IMG/VR virus record: IMGVR_UViG_3300008952_003529
From: a virus
Length of the DNA stretch: 64,000 nucleotides
Reading direction: 5' to 3' (one strand)
Part shown: one piece after another, positions 9,527 to 21,400 of the stretch
How positions within the stretch are numbered: the first letter of the stretch is position 1
Layout of the letters: each line of letters starts with the position of its first letter
Notes under the pieces: generated by a model
Databases searched by the model: none
The model's input: the letters and a program-made list of their open reading frames with translations, nothing else
Told to the model about the DNA's origin: nothing
Position numbers and translations under genes: made by a program

Positions 9527-11473
9527 ATGTCTAAGAAGTTCACACTTGGTCAATTGACCGAAGGTATCCGAGCGCGCCACATGGGCGATCACGGTCGGCG
9601 CCTTACAGAAAAGTGGACTCGGACTGGTCTCTTGCGGGGTCTCGAGAGCGTCCATCGTGAAAACATGGCACAGTTGCTCGAGAACCAGGCAGGTCAGATT
9701 TTACGAGAGCAGAATACTCTCGGTGGTGGTGGGCTAGCGCCTGCAGCTTCATCTGGTGACATCCGAGGTTTCACTAATATTGCATTCCCAATCGTTCGTC
9801 GAGTATTCGGCGGTCTGGTTGCGAATGAGCTGGTTTCAATCCAGCCTATGAGTTTGCCGTCCGGCCTACTCTTCTACCTTGACTACACTTATGGTTCTAA
9901 CCAGGGTGGTGTTGCGGAAACTAGTTCCGGTGCAGATACCGGTCTTGGTACTAGCACTAAGAGTACATACGGCAAGGGTCAGTCCATATATAATAACCCC
10001 GCGGGTAAGGGCGTTCGCTCTGGTTCGCTGGGAACGGGTGGACAGTATGACTTGGCTGGTTCTGGTTATTCAAAGGTTCATGCAAGGGTCGATGTTACTC
10101 TTGATGCAACCAACCAGTTCGTGCTTGGAAACAGTGCAACTCAAAGTCGTACAACGTCAGCTGGCTCCGCTGCATCTTCTGGTGCAGATGGTCGGTTTCT
10201 CCAGTTCGATCCCCAGGTAACTAGGGCAATCGATTCAGAGAGCGGAACATTCCGTTTCGTTACCGTTGATCTTGGCACCCTCGGGTCCGAGTTCGATCCT
10301 CGTATGATTAAGGAAGCAGCCCTTGTTATATCTGGTACTGACTCCGCGCTTCAAAACCAGGCTGGTGATGGTCTGGCAGCTCCCTATACTGACCTTGCGG
10401 TTCCTGGCGAGACATGGCAGGGCGGCCGGAATGTGTATAACATCCGTCGTCTTAACCAGCTCGTTAAGTCCAGCTCAGATGGTGGCGCCATTTCTAGTGA
10501 TCCACTGGCTGCTGCAAGTAAGGCTGGTTCTGCACTTTTGATGGTACTTTCTGGTACGAACATCGGTACAGGCGACCTCGGTTGCTGGTCAGTTGTCTTT
10601 CCGAAGAGCAACTCTCTGAATGTTGGTAACGATGGCGATACCCTTGTGGTTCCCGTCTTCGAGTCTAACTTCAGCCAGAGCGATGCGCAACCGGTTATTC
10701 CCGAAATCGACATCAAGATCGAGAGCATCTCGGTCGTGGCGTCCACTCGGAAGCTGCGTGCTCGTTGGTCCCCAGAGCTTGCTCAGGACTTGAATGCTTA
10801 CCACAGCCTTGACGCTGAGGTTGAGCTTACTCAAATCCTCTCTGAGCAGATTGCTCTTGAGATCGATCGTGAGATCCTTAACGATCTCTTGATGGAAGCT
10901 GATACCAACTTCTACTGGAACCGTTCGCCTGGTGACTTTGTCAATAAGCGTAACGGTGCAGCTGTTTCTAGATCCGCATCCGCCGGGCCTTCCTTTACTG
11001 GTACGGTTCGCGAATGGTACGAGACCCTGGTCGAGACCATTATCGATGTTGCTAATGAGATTCATCGTAAGACTCTCCGAGGCTCTGCAAACTTCATGGT
11101 CGTTGGCCCTGATGTTGCTACCATCCTCGAGGCTTCGATCCTCTACCGCCCAGCCTACACCATTGATGGTGACGGTCAGGTGACTGGTGGAATGACTCTC
11201 GGCGCAGAGAAGGTCGGTACCCTGAGCAACCGTTTCACGGTCTATAAGGACCCCTACTTCCCACGCAACAAGATTCTTGTTGGGTATAAGGGCGGTAGCT
11301 ACCTTGAGACTGGTTACGTATATGCTCCTTATGTACCCCTGATTGTTACTCCGACAATCTTCGCTCCTGAGGACTTCACTCCTCGTAAGGGTGTGATGAC
11401 TCGGTATGGCAAGAAGATGGTACGTTCCGACTTCTACGGTACAGTCACGGTCATGAACATGGATATTATCTAA
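9527..11473 (+). CDS. Major capsid protein (T4 gp23-like) with a large insertion
   Basis: gp23-type motifs PIVRRVFGGLVANELVSIQPM, RKLRARWSPELAQDL, EQIALEIDREI, GYVYAPYVPL and GVMTRYG; AAGGAG Shine-Dalgarno. Confidence 0.97.
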   Translation: MSKKFTLGQLTEGIRARHMGDHGRRLTEKWTRTGLLRGLESVHRENMAQLLENQAGQILREQNTLGGGGLAPAASSGDIRGFTNIAFPIVRRVFGGLVANELVSIQPMSLPSGLLFYLDYTYGSNQGGVAETSSGADTGLGTSTKSTYGKGQSIYNNPAGKGVRSGSLGTGGQYDLAGSGYSKVHARVDVTLDATNQFVLGNSATQSRTTSAGSAASSGADGRFLQFDPQVTRAIDSESGTFRFVTVDLGTLGSEFDPRMIKEAALVISGTDSALQNQAGDGLAAPYTDLAVPGETWQGGRNVYNIRRLNQLVKSSSDGGAISSDPLAAASKAGSALLMVLSGTNIGTGDLGCWSVVFPKSNSLNVGNDGDTLVVPVFESNFSQSDAQPVIPEIDIKIESISVVASTRKLRARWSPELAQDLNAYHSLDAEVELTQILSEQIALEIDREILNDLLMEADTNFYWNRSPGDFVNKRNGAAVSRSASAGPSFTGTVREWYETLVETIIDVANEIHRKTLRGSANFMVVGPDVATILEASILYRPAYTIDGDGQVTGGMTLGAEKVGTLSNRFTVYKDPYFPRNKILVGYKGGSYLETGYVYAPYVPLIVTPTIFAPEDFTPRKGVMTRYGKKMVRSDFYGTVTVMNMDII

Positions 11474-11502
11474 TAACTCCGGTTCATACCACTCTATAAA
11501 CT

Positions 11503-11532
11503 ACGGGGTCCCTTCGGGGGCCCCGTTTTTTT
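11503..11532 (+). terminator. Rho-independent terminator after the major capsid gene
   Basis: ACGGGGTCCC-TTCG-GGGGCCCCGT: a 10-bp stem (one G-U pair) with a UUCG loop, followed by a T run. Confidence 0.93.
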
Positions 11533-11581
11533 ACGCGTACATGAATATGTTTATGATTCTAGAAATAAGGGAGTTATTTTT

Positions 11582-11956
11582 ATGCCATCAACAAGAGCCA
11601 GTTTAAATTCAAGTAAAAAATCAACAAAGACGTCAAAAGCGACAAGCTCAACTTCACCAGAAGTGACAAAGTCTACGTCTACTACAGCACCATCAACTGT
11701 ATCATCAAAAAATGCTACAAGCGCTACAGCAGATTCAGCTCGAATTGATAGTCTGGAAAATGAAGTTGCTAATTTAAAAGAACAGATTTCATTATTATCA
11801 ACCACCCCAATAATTCAAGGTACTAGTAATCCAGTAGAATCAAATGAAGCACTTCTTAGAATGATTTATGATTGGTTTCGCCTTCAAGACAATGAAATGG
11901 TTCGTACGCAATTTAACTCACGTCACGGCGAATTTTTGAAGAGCTGCGCTCGTTAA
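11582..11956 (+). CDS. Hypothetical protein: Ser/Thr/Lys-rich N-terminus plus coiled coil
   Basis: 124-aa ORF with a GGGAG Shine-Dalgarno. Confidence 0.7.
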   Translation: MPSTRASLNSSKKSTKTSKATSSTSPEVTKSTSTTAPSTVSSKNATSATADSARIDSLENEVANLKEQISLLSTTPIIQGTSNPVESNEALLRMIYDWFRLQDNEMVRTQFNSRHGEFLKSCAR

Positions 11957-12015
11957 TTCACTTCCACGAATGTGATTTTTTGCGCCTGGGTTCTATAGTT
12001 AGAACAGGGTGAGCT

Positions 12016-13203
12016 ATGTCAACATTCGCATTTACTAGAAATCCAACACCATTCGGTTTTTTCGATACTGACTCTGCATTTCAATCAGAGGCCGATGGTG
12101 TAGTTACGTTTGTTAAGCGAAAGCTTGGCGACGATATTTTAAGCGTAGAGCTTACAAAAAAGCAGATTTGGGGTTGCTTGGAAGAAGCAACCCTTGAGTA
12201 CGGTCGGGTTATAAACGAGGCCGACGCAAAGTCTCAGATCTCCAATGTTTTAGGTATGCCCACCGGCTCTGGGGATACAATGACCATTAACGGTGGTGGA
12301 GTGTTCCCCAGACAAAGCTTGGAATACTTACTTAGGATGGCCGAACCGTATGCCTCAGAAGCCGGTATCGGAGGTTCATACAATGCAGTGTCAGGATCGA
12401 TCCAACTTAATAAGAATCAGCAAGACTATAACATTTATGAAACGTTAGTGACATCACCGGGCGGATCGACATTAGTGGTTAGTAGTAGCAAGAATAGCCC
12501 ACGTACAAAGCTTAAAATTAACGAGGTATATCATTTTACCCCCTCTGCTGCATATCGTTTTTTTGATACGACCTCAGCTATAAATTACATGAATAATGAA
12601 TTTAGTTTTGAGTCGTTTACTCCGGAAACCGTTTTTTATGTGCTCCCGGTATTCGAAGATGTATTACGAGCGGGTCAAATGGGAATTTCGAACCGCGTCC
12701 GAAAATCAAATTATTCCTATAAGATTACTGGCGAGAATATTCGGATATTCCCAATGCCCACGCAAGATGACCCAAAGTATTTATGGCTTAATGTGTCTTT
12801 TGCTCCAAACCCTCTAGACCCCGATATAAAAGATGATACAATATACGGGGTATCTGGGCTTTCGAACGTTCCGTATGGTAGGATAGCTTACAATACGATT
12901 AATTCGGTTGGTAGACAGTGGATACGTCAATTTGCGGCCGCCCTATGCGAAGAGCTTCTTGGGCAAGTTCGTTCAAAATTCGGCTCTGTACCGATTCCTT
13001 CGGGTGACCTTCAATTAAACGGTGGTGACTTAATAACTAGAGGCAGGGAGGATCAAACACGTTTACGCGACCAATTAATAGAACTCCTGGAAGGGTTGAC
13101 ATTTAGCAAGATATTAGAGAGTCAAGCCGCCGACGCAGACAATATTCAGAATACATTAAAGAAAATCCCAATGCCACTCGGCAAAACAATAATAATAGCT
13201 TAA
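12016..13203 (+). CDS. Neck / head-completion protein (T4 gp13-like)
   Basis: Position after the MCP; motifs YVKRKLG-like FVKRKLGDDILSVEL and WIRQFAAALCEELLGQVRSKFGSVPIPSGDLQLNG. Confidence 0.85.
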   Translation: MSTFAFTRNPTPFGFFDTDSAFQSEADGVVTFVKRKLGDDILSVELTKKQIWGCLEEATLEYGRVINEADAKSQISNVLGMPTGSGDTMTINGGGVFPRQSLEYLLRMAEPYASEAGIGGSYNAVSGSIQLNKNQQDYNIYETLVTSPGGSTLVVSSSKNSPRTKLKINEVYHFTPSAAYRFFDTTSAINYMNNEFSFESFTPETVFYVLPVFEDVLRAGQMGISNRVRKSNYSYKITGENIRIFPMPTQDDPKYLWLNVSFAPNPLDPDIKDDTIYGVSGLSNVPYGRIAYNTINSVGRQWIRQFAAALCEELLGQVRSKFGSVPIPSGDLQLNGGDLITRGREDQTRLRDQLIELLEGLTFSKILESQAADADNIQNTLKKIPMPLGKTIIIA

Positions 13204-13209
13204 GGTGAT

Positions 13210-13896
13210 TTGATGGCTCGTCTTTTTATCACCCCCCGGGAAGTTGATCTTATATCTGACTTGACTAAAGAAGTCATGAAAGATGTTATTGGTCAAAAGA
13301 TTTATTATTATCGTATTCGGGAAGACCTTACGGAAATTCATGATGTGTATGAAGAGGCCGTAAATAAGATCTTTGATCCTCCAATCGATATTGATGCGAC
13401 AATCGAGTGGAACTCCCCCGTTGTAACAACAGGTCGTTTTGGTGTGGGAAAGAATCAAGAAATTGGTGCTTATTTACACTATAGAGACTTAATTGATAAG
13501 GGTATCGACGTCAGAGAGGGCGATTACTTCAGCTATGGTGAGGTATTCTTTGAAATAACTCAACTTCAGTGGCAGTCGACAATATATGGCGAAGTCGAAC
13601 ACACAACTGGCGTGAAACTCCAGGGCAAACAAGCTCGTAAGGGTCTAATTAATAAGGAACCAATCGGCCCAACAGACGAGGCCTATTATCCTGGAGACCC
13701 AAAAGCAGTGCAAGAGGTTTTTGTTCAACAACGCGGCTTCGCTGAAAATAGGCTCGGCCCAACGGGTGATGTCCGTGCTCTAATAGAGCAAGGAAAGATG
13801 CAATTACCTCCGACACCAGCACCAGCTGAGGTCTCTAAGAGGGTTCCACCGAATGAGCCGACACCAATCACTTCAAGATTTTATGATGAGACATAG
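13210..13896 (+). CDS. Neck / head-closure protein (T4 gp14-like)
   Basis: Follows the gp13-like gene; IGQKIYYY, VYEEA and VREGDYFSYGEVFFEI resemble gp14-type head-closure proteins. Confidence 0.75.
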   Translation: MMARLFITPREVDLISDLTKEVMKDVIGQKIYYYRIREDLTEIHDVYEEAVNKIFDPPIDIDATIEWNSPVVTTGRFGVGKNQEIGAYLHYRDLIDKGIDVREGDYFSYGEVFFEITQLQWQSTIYGEVEHTTGVKLQGKQARKGLINKEPIGPTDEAYYPGDPKAVQEVFVQQRGFAENRLGPTGDVRALIEQGKMQLPPTPAPAEVSKRVPPNEPTPITSRFYDET

Positions 13897-13898
13897 AG

Positions 13899-15242
13899 AT
13901 GTCAACACGATATAATACAACAGCATTCAAGGGTGGGCCACTAGACTTAGGATACTCAGGTGAGGATATTCCTCCTGATTTTGCTATTCCCTCTTGTACG
14001 ATAGAAGATGTTGATAGAGCATTGTTCAATTTTTTCAATGAAGAATTACCTCTTTTTTATAAGCGTCGGAAAGAAATGAAGAGGGTCCCAATAATTTTCG
14101 CAACTGGCGAGCGCTTTGCCATCCTTGCAAGAAACAAGCCTTTGAGAGATAAAGCCGGCGCGATTATTCTACCGCTAATATCCATCTTAAGAAGCGGGAT
14201 AGACCAAAATAGTGCCAAGGGTGCAATTCATGCACAGGGTGGTCCAATTACGATTAAGGTTCGACTTTCTGAAGATGACCCTCGATATCAACGCTTGCAG
14301 AATAGATTTGAATTTGAGAATTCTGATTCTGTGGCGGTAGCCGCAGATTCAAAGACTGCTGCTGGAACGGGTGGCGGCACTTCTGGCGGGAGGATTGCAA
14401 CTAGAAGAGAGGCGCCAGCGCTTCCGATTGCTCAACGTGGTGGATCTATGTTGACACCTCATACCTCAAAGAATATTGTCGAATTTATAGAGATTCCACC
14501 CATTAAACAATACACTGCAAATTATGAAATTACTTTTTGGACACAATACACTCAAGAAATGAATTCATTGTTGACTGTTTTGATGGGCGGTTATACGAGT
14601 CAATATCAAAGAACATTTTTGATTTCAACGACGGCCGGGTATAAATTCACCGCGTATATTGACGCAAGTTTAACACCCGGTAATAATTTTGATGACTTTT
14701 CGGAAGATGAAAGACTAGTTAAGTATAGCTTCAATGTAAGCATTCCAGCGTATGTTGTTGCTCCACAAGAAATAGGATTACCGGTGCCATTTAGGAGAAC
14801 AATTTCAGCCCCAGACATTAATTTTGGTACATCTGAATTAAGTGCCCAATTGGACACTGGACCGCCGTCTGGGGTTGCGTCAGGGGAACCTGGCCAATTT
14901 ATATTAGAAAATCTTGATACTGAAGATATGGGAATACCTGGACAAGCAATGCCAGCAGGAATTAATAGCACACTTACGAGTGGGTTTCCTGGTGTAGCCG
15001 CTGTTGTTTCGAACGCTATTAATATAGGATCTACAAATTCAGATTCGGTAACAACAGCAGCTTCATATCCGAACCGTCCGAAGGTAATAATTACTAAAAG
15101 AAACCCCTTCACTGGGAAGGATGAATACATTCAATTAAACGTGTTATATGCAAACAATAGAAAGGGAGAAACCGTTTTTAGACAATCAACTCAACCTCCG
15201 AGTGGATTTTCTATAGATTTAGGTGATCTCTTCAAGGATTGA
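13899..15242 (+). CDS. Tail terminator / sheath stabiliser (T4 gp15-like)
   Basis: Lies between the neck and sheath genes; IILPLISILRSGI and ANYEITFWTQYTQEMNSLL fit the gp15/tail-terminator pattern. Confidence 0.65.
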   Translation: MSTRYNTTAFKGGPLDLGYSGEDIPPDFAIPSCTIEDVDRALFNFFNEELPLFYKRRKEMKRVPIIFATGERFAILARNKPLRDKAGAIILPLISILRSGIDQNSAKGAIHAQGGPITIKVRLSEDDPRYQRLQNRFEFENSDSVAVAADSKTAAGTGGGTSGGRIATRREAPALPIAQRGGSMLTPHTSKNIVEFIEIPPIKQYTANYEITFWTQYTQEMNSLLTVLMGGYTSQYQRTFLISTTAGYKFTAYIDASLTPGNNFDDFSEDERLVKYSFNVSIPAYVVAPQEIGLPVPFRRTISAPDINFGTSELSAQLDTGPPSGVASGEPGQFILENLDTEDMGIPGQAMPAGINSTLTSGFPGVAAVVSNAINIGSTNSDSVTTAASYPNRPKVIITKRNPFTGKDEYIQLNVLYANNRKGETVFRQSTQPPSGFSIDLGDLFKD

Positions 15243-15307
15243 TATGACATTTACCCTTTGCACGAAATAGTTATTTGTGATGAAAGTAGATCCAGGAGAC
15301 CCGACTC

Positions 15308-18300
15308 ATGGCAGAACAGACATTTAGATCCCCCGGCTTCTTTGAGCGCGAAATAGATGCGTCAACAAGAAAGACCGAAATAACCGGAGTTCCAGCAGGA
15401 ATTATAGGCACTGCTGAGAAGGGACCAGCATTTGTACCCGTAACTGTGGGTAGTTTTCAAGACTTTGTTAATCGATTTGGAACAATAGATCCTGATCGAT
15501 TTGGACCATACGCGGTTCAAGCATTCTTAAAAAATAGAACTGCTGCAACATACATGCGCGTTTTAGGTGCCGGAGCGAATGAAACAACATCACAGATAAC
15601 GAATACACAAAATTATGGAACAGTTGTTAATGCTGGTCTTGTTTTGTCCGGTAACGTTTCTGCTTCGACTTCTAATGCAAACAATGGCGTTGTACAGTTC
15701 CTATGTGCTCGACATGATGCTGCAGCCTCCGAAGCAGTTGCGATGCCAGAGTTCACTGACAATCCGAGCTTTAATAACGCCGATGCTATGAAAATAGTTC
15801 GGGGTGTTATTTTTAATGCCACAACAGCACGTACACAAGTTATAGACCTGGATGAAACGTGGACGAGCACCGTCGACGATGAGTGCCAAATTGATAGTGG
15901 TGGTCTATTTGCTGTCGTTATTTCATCTTCGCTTGGGACAACTTTTGCGAACCAAGAAGATAATAATGGTACTGTGGTACCGGGTGTCAAGATTGTTTCT
16001 GCATCTTTAGATCCAGCTTCTCCAGCGTACATCTCGAATGTATTGAACACCGACCCCACGAAATTCGTTCAAGAACAGCATCTCCTATATCTTGATTTTG
16101 CCGTTGAAGATGAAATCGCACCAGTTGCGACCTCTGCAGCCGGCGTGGCCCTTCTGTCTGGGTCTGCGAACTTTGGAAAAACTTTACAGTCTGGTGCAGG
16201 GAATGAATTCACAATGCTCTTTGGGCGTTATGACACTCGCTACACAACACCCACAAGTCCCCAGATTATTTCGCAACCATTCGGAGGGACAGAGTATCCT
16301 CTTTTCCGGTTCGAAAGTCTATCTGATGGTGCTTACGGAAATGATAAAGTAAAGATTTCTATAGCAAACCTTCGCGCTAGTACAAACAAGAATTATAGGT
16401 ACGGAACATTCGAGGTCCAGGTTCGACGATTCGACGATACCGACTTAGCCCCCCAGATTCTTGAGAGCTATCCAGAGTGCAATCTAGACCCAAATTCTGA
16501 AAGCTTTATTGGTAGAAAAGTTGGCGACTATAAGACGTGGTATAACTTTGATGCTGAAAATGATGACGAACGTCGAATCATCGTCAGTGGAAAATATCCC
16601 AATCAGTCGGTATACATTCGCACGGTTATAAATGAAGCGGTATATAGAAGTGAGGTTCCTACTGACTCTTTACCTTTCGGCTTTTCTGGTATTCCAGCCC
16701 TCAAGACGTCTGATTCTTTAACTGATAATTCTCTATCACGCCTTGAGTTTGGTGGCGTTCCCTATGGAAACACTGGAAACACACGGTTGTGGGGTGACTG
16801 TAGTGCTGATGGCCTCGTAATGACTGGATCGATTATTCCTCCCCTTCCAATGCGCTTTAAGGTGACCAGAGGTGCTGTATCCACCACCGCATTCATGTCA
16901 GGCTGGCCCGGAGATGATGAAAGAGTGGATGGTCGCTTTTACTGGGGCGTAAAATTTGAAAGATGTCCAAAGGAAGATGACGTTACTAACGCAATCTTGA
17001 ACCAGAATATTTCCTCCGCGCCGAATTCAACCGTAGCTGCATATACTAAGTTCCAGGGAATTTCTAAACTTGATGCTCTAGTATCGGGAAGCGCAGTAGA
17101 TGCTTTCAACGCTAACAAGTTCACCCTTGCAAAGGTCGCCTTGGCTGGGACAGGAAGTGATACAACCGCCGCGACTCTGCTCTCAGAGGTTACGGCTTCC
17201 GCAAAAGAGCACATGCTAGAAGCAGCATACATCAGGAATGGTGTTCCAGATTCTCAGACATATGTTGTAGAAGATCCAGACGGATATGGTAAGCGTATCA
17301 CCTTCGCAACACTAGCACAGTCTTCGTCCATTAAGTTTAATAGATTTACAGCATATCTGAAGTTCACAACACCAATGTACGGTGGCTGGGATGGCTTAAA
17401 CATCTTGGACAAGGACATGTCTTTAATGAACGATAGAGCAACGTCAACAGACGCCTCTGGAGAGACAGGAAAGGCATCATCGGAATTCTCTGCAACAACA
17501 ATTGGGCTTGCAAGTAATCCAGCTGGAGACGGTAGACTCAATAACAATATTTTCGCTTATCGGGAAGCTGCCAGAATTATGACCGATCCTATGACGGTTC
17601 GAAATAATATTCTTTCCATCCCTGGAATAAGAGATTCTTATGTCACGGATTGGGCTGCTGATAGGACGAAGGCATACTCCATGGCTATTTACCTTATGGA
17701 CATCCCATCGTGGTCTGAGAATGCTGGTCGCCTATTTGGTGATGAGAACAGAACTCTTATCAAGAGCTCTTCGGATTCATTCCCAGATGTTCGTGAAACG
17801 GCGGAGCAATTTGAGTCTCGAGCAATCGATAACAACTATTGTGCGACATACTTCCCTGATGTGTATATTACTGACTCAAACAATCAGCAAGCTGTATTGG
17901 TCCCATCGTCAGTTGCCGCCTTGGCAGCGCTTGGGTATAATGACGCAGTCGCTTATCCTTGGTTCGCTCCCGCAGGGTTTAATCGAGGAAGTCTTGGGAT
18001 GGTAACCAATACTGACGCAAGATTGACTGCTAGCGATCGAGATGATTTATACGATGTACGAATCAATCCAATAGCAAACTTCCCGAATGGTGGGTTTGTA
18101 ATATTTGGACAAAAGACAATGCAGCTGTCTCAGTCTGCATTGGATCGTGTTAATGTACGTCGTATGATGCTTGAATTGAAGCGCCAGGTGGTTGCGGTCG
18201 CAAACAAGATTTTGTTTGAGCCAAATAATGCTGCGACGAGAGGACGCTTTATAAATCTAGTGACTCCATTACTAGCCGCGATTCAAGCGCAGCAGGGTAT

Positions 18301-18457
18301 TGAGTCATTCAAAGTTGTCATGGATGACACAAACAATAGCGCGCAAGATGTTGAAAGCAACAAGTTGAATGGTAGGATCGTTGTCGTACCCACAAGGGCG
18401 ATTGAGTTTATTGCGATAGATTTTATCATTACAAACAGTGGCGTAGACTTTGCGTGA
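15308..18457 (+). CDS. Contractile tail sheath protein 1 (gp18-like)
   Basis: N-terminal FRSPGFFEREID; C-terminal PWFAPAGFNRG, RINPI, VIFGQKT, ALDRVNVRRMM and VPTRAIEFIAIDF. Confidence 0.96.
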   Translation: MAEQTFRSPGFFEREIDASTRKTEITGVPAGIIGTAEKGPAFVPVTVGSFQDFVNRFGTIDPDRFGPYAVQAFLKNRTAATYMRVLGAGANETTSQITNTQNYGTVVNAGLVLSGNVSASTSNANNGVVQFLCARHDAAASEAVAMPEFTDNPSFNNADAMKIVRGVIFNATTARTQVIDLDETWTSTVDDECQIDSGGLFAVVISSSLGTTFANQEDNNGTVVPGVKIVSASLDPASPAYISNVLNTDPTKFVQEQHLLYLDFAVEDEIAPVATSAAGVALLSGSANFGKTLQSGAGNEFTMLFGRYDTRYTTPTSPQIISQPFGGTEYPLFRFESLSDGAYGNDKVKISIANLRASTNKNYRYGTFEVQVRRFDDTDLAPQILESYPECNLDPNSESFIGRKVGDYKTWYNFDAENDDERRIIVSGKYPNQSVYIRTVINEAVYRSEVPTDSLPFGFSGIPALKTSDSLTDNSLSRLEFGGVPYGNTGNTRLWGDCSADGLVMTGSIIPPLPMRFKVTRGAVSTTAFMSGWPGDDERVDGRFYWGVKFERCPKEDDVTNAILNQNISSAPNSTVAAYTKFQGISKLDALVSGSAVDAFNANKFTLAKVALAGTGSDTTAATLLSEVTASAKEHMLEAAYIRNGVPDSQTYVVEDPDGYGKRITFATLAQSSSIKFNRFTAYLKFTTPMYGGWDGLNILDKDMSLMNDRATSTDASGETGKASSEFSATTIGLASNPAGDGRLNNNIFAYREAARIMTDPMTVRNNILSIPGIRDSYVTDWAADRTKAYSMAIYLMDIPSWSENAGRLFGDENRTLIKSSSDSFPDVRETAEQFESRAIDNNYCATYFPDVYITDSNNQQAVLVPSSVAALAALGYNDAVAYPWFAPAGFNRGSLGMVTNTDARLTASDRDDLYDVRINPIANFPNGGFVIFGQKTMQLSQSALDRVNVRRMMLELKRQVVAVANKILFEPNNAATRGRFINLVTPLLAAIQAQQGIESFKVVMDDTNNSAQDVESNKLNGRIVVVPTRAIEFIAIDFIITNSGVDFA

Positions 18458-18490
18458 TATAGTTAAGAGAGAAACAGGAGATTTTTTGAA

Positions 18491-21400
18491 ATGGCTGAAC
18501 TGACATTTAAGAGCCCCGGGGTTTCTACAAGAGAAATCGATCTATCGGGCCCAACTAAGGCTGCTCCGACCGGAATACCTGCAGGTGTGATTGGAACAGC
18601 CAATCAGGGCCGAGCATTTGTGCCAATAACAATGGCTACGTTTGCAGACTTTGTGGCTGAATTCGGTAATACTGATGGTGAAAAGTTTGGACCTATGGCG
18701 ATGCGTCAATGGTTGAATTACGCCAGAGCCGGTACTTACCTTAGAATTCTAGGAGTAGGAGACGGGAAGAAGAGAAATTCGAACGGAACTGTCACTAATG
18801 CTGGTTTCGTAGTAGGCGCTGAGCAGTGGCGCGCCACTGGCATAGTTGGAGACAATGCGTACGCTGGTTCCACAACTACAAACGGTGGCGTTCTTGGACG
18901 AACTTGGTTCCTCGGCTGCATCATGGAAGAGTCGGGAAGTTCAACTGCATTCTCGTCAGCAGGACTGCAGTCTGTTCAACCCATCCTTCGCGGTGTCGTT
19001 ATGGCTCCTTCCGGCGTTGTACCGGCATTGAGCGCTTCAAGAAGTGCTATTTCCAACAACACTCCATTAGGTGCCCCTGGTGCAAATGATTACGCAGCTG
19101 CAGGAACGTTCGGCGCGGGCGCTACACAAGATGCCGGTTCCACGGTAGGATCAGTCAATCTCGCTGGTGGCCGTCAGGAATTTGTATTATTACTAAATGG
19201 TCATAGCCACACCGATGAGTATCCAACCATTATCACTGCTTCGTTTGATCCCAAGGCGCCCAATTATCTTTATAACGTTTTAAATACTGATTCTACTAAG
19301 ATCCAAAACGCTGGACACTATCTCTATGCGCATTGGGGGATCGATCCCGCCATAGCATATGTTACTGGTTCATCGCTGGTGGATGATGACTACGCCGCAA
19401 TAACTGAGGGTGGAACCGTTAAGACTGAGGATGTTGCATTCTTACTCACATCATCCATTAGCAGAAACAATAATGGTGACGCCAGTGTACCAAACTTTGA
19501 AGGGTTCGTTGACAGATTTCGTACAGCTTACTCTCCATACATTATCTCCCAGGCATACGGGGGAGTGAATTACAACTTATTTAGGATTCACGCTCTTGAC
19601 GATGGCGCGATTGGAAATACCAGGGTTAAGATCTCGGTCGAAAATATTACAAAGTCGACGAATACAAACAATCCGTATTCAGCGTTTGATTTACTGGTTA
19701 GAGACTTTAATGATACAGATTCTGAGCCGATTGTGATAGAAAAGTTCTCTAAGCTTTCATTAGACCCGGGTTCAGAAAGATATATCGCAAGACAAGTTGG
19801 AAATTACCACCTCTATTATGATTTTGATAAGCGCGTAGGTTCTCAAAAGCTTGTACTTGATGGTGCATATCCCAACAAGTCTAACTACATTAGAGTAGAG
19901 ACAAATAAGCTTCTGGATAACGCACAGCTTCCTGCGGATGTTTTACCCGTTGGTTTCCGTGGTCCAGCGCACCTCATTACATCAGGGTCCTCGATTTTCT
20001 CTGTTGCTGATAGCGCAGTAACGGACGTGATGGCCGGTGAAGTTGCATCTCAGCTCGTACAGCTACCCATTCCATATCGCTTAATGGTTTCTAAGAATAA
20101 GACTCCGAAAAAGTCGCTCGCCCCTGAGCTATATTGGGGTGTCCAGTTCTCGATTCAAGATAGCGTGGATGAGCCAAACCGGAACATTCAAACGAACAAC
20201 TCGATTGCATCCTATAGCACGTACTTTAACACATATTCGCAGAACGGTCAAGCAGCAGTCGTTGGTAATAACCAGGGTGTTGCTGATGCAAGCGGAACGA
20301 TTTTAGATTGTGATAAGTTCAATAACAACAAGTTCTCTCTTGAGAATATCCAAGTTGTTGTAACCACCGACACCACCCCTCGAGCAGATTCATCGCAATG
20401 GGCAGCAGCACAGTATATGCGGTCCGGTATCGCATCGGCGAGTATTCCTGATATTGATGGAACCGCTAGAACATCTGGTGATTCGGGTGGGTCTAGACTA
20501 CTTAGTGTAGCAACAGACTTTGGTTTGACGTCGACAAGAAGGTTCCTGAAGTTCACCACTATCGTGCAGAATGGGTTTGACGGGTCTAATATCTTTAACA
20601 AGGAAAAGCTAGCATTCTCAAACATTGCTGTAACGAAAGAAATGGCTGATGTCACCGCACAAGGCGGAGTAACTGGTCAGGTTACCGCTGCTTATCGAAA
20701 AGCAATGGATGTCTTAAAGGAACGCTCAGATGTGGATATTCAGTTGTTGGCTATTCCAGGTCAGAGAAATTCCGCCGTCACTGATTATTGTATGCAAGCT
20801 GTTGAAGAACGGTTTGATGCCATGTATATTATGGACCTCGAGGGGAAAGACACCTACAACGAGGTAATATCTGGTTCATCTCAGCTGGCGAGTGTTACAA
20901 ACACTGCGAATTCTTTTGCAGGGCGAAATTTGGATAACTCTTTCGCTGCTGCGTACTTCCCTGATGTGATTATGACTGATGTGGGTACTTCTACTAACGT
21001 ACAGGTTCCACCCAGCGTTGCGGTCCTCGGCGCGTTTGCACTAAACGATTCAGTCGCTTATCCCTGGTTTGCACCAGCAGGATTCACTCGAGGTGCATTG
21101 AAGAATGTTCTTGAAACACAAGTGAAGTTGAGCCGCTCAAACCTTGATGCTCTTTATGATGTAGACATTAACCCAATAACAGCATTCCCACAAACGAAGG
21201 GTGAGGTTGTGGTATTTGGCCAAAAGACTCTCCTCGCAGCACAGTCTGCGCTCGATAGAGTCAATGTAAGACGGCTTCTAATCGATGTTAGGCGCCAGGT
21301 TCGAGCGATTGGTGATACATTCCTCTTCGAGCCCAATAGGGAGTCAACGTTGGCGAGGTTCTCGGCTGCTGTTAATCCAGTTCTGGCCAGAATTCAAGCA

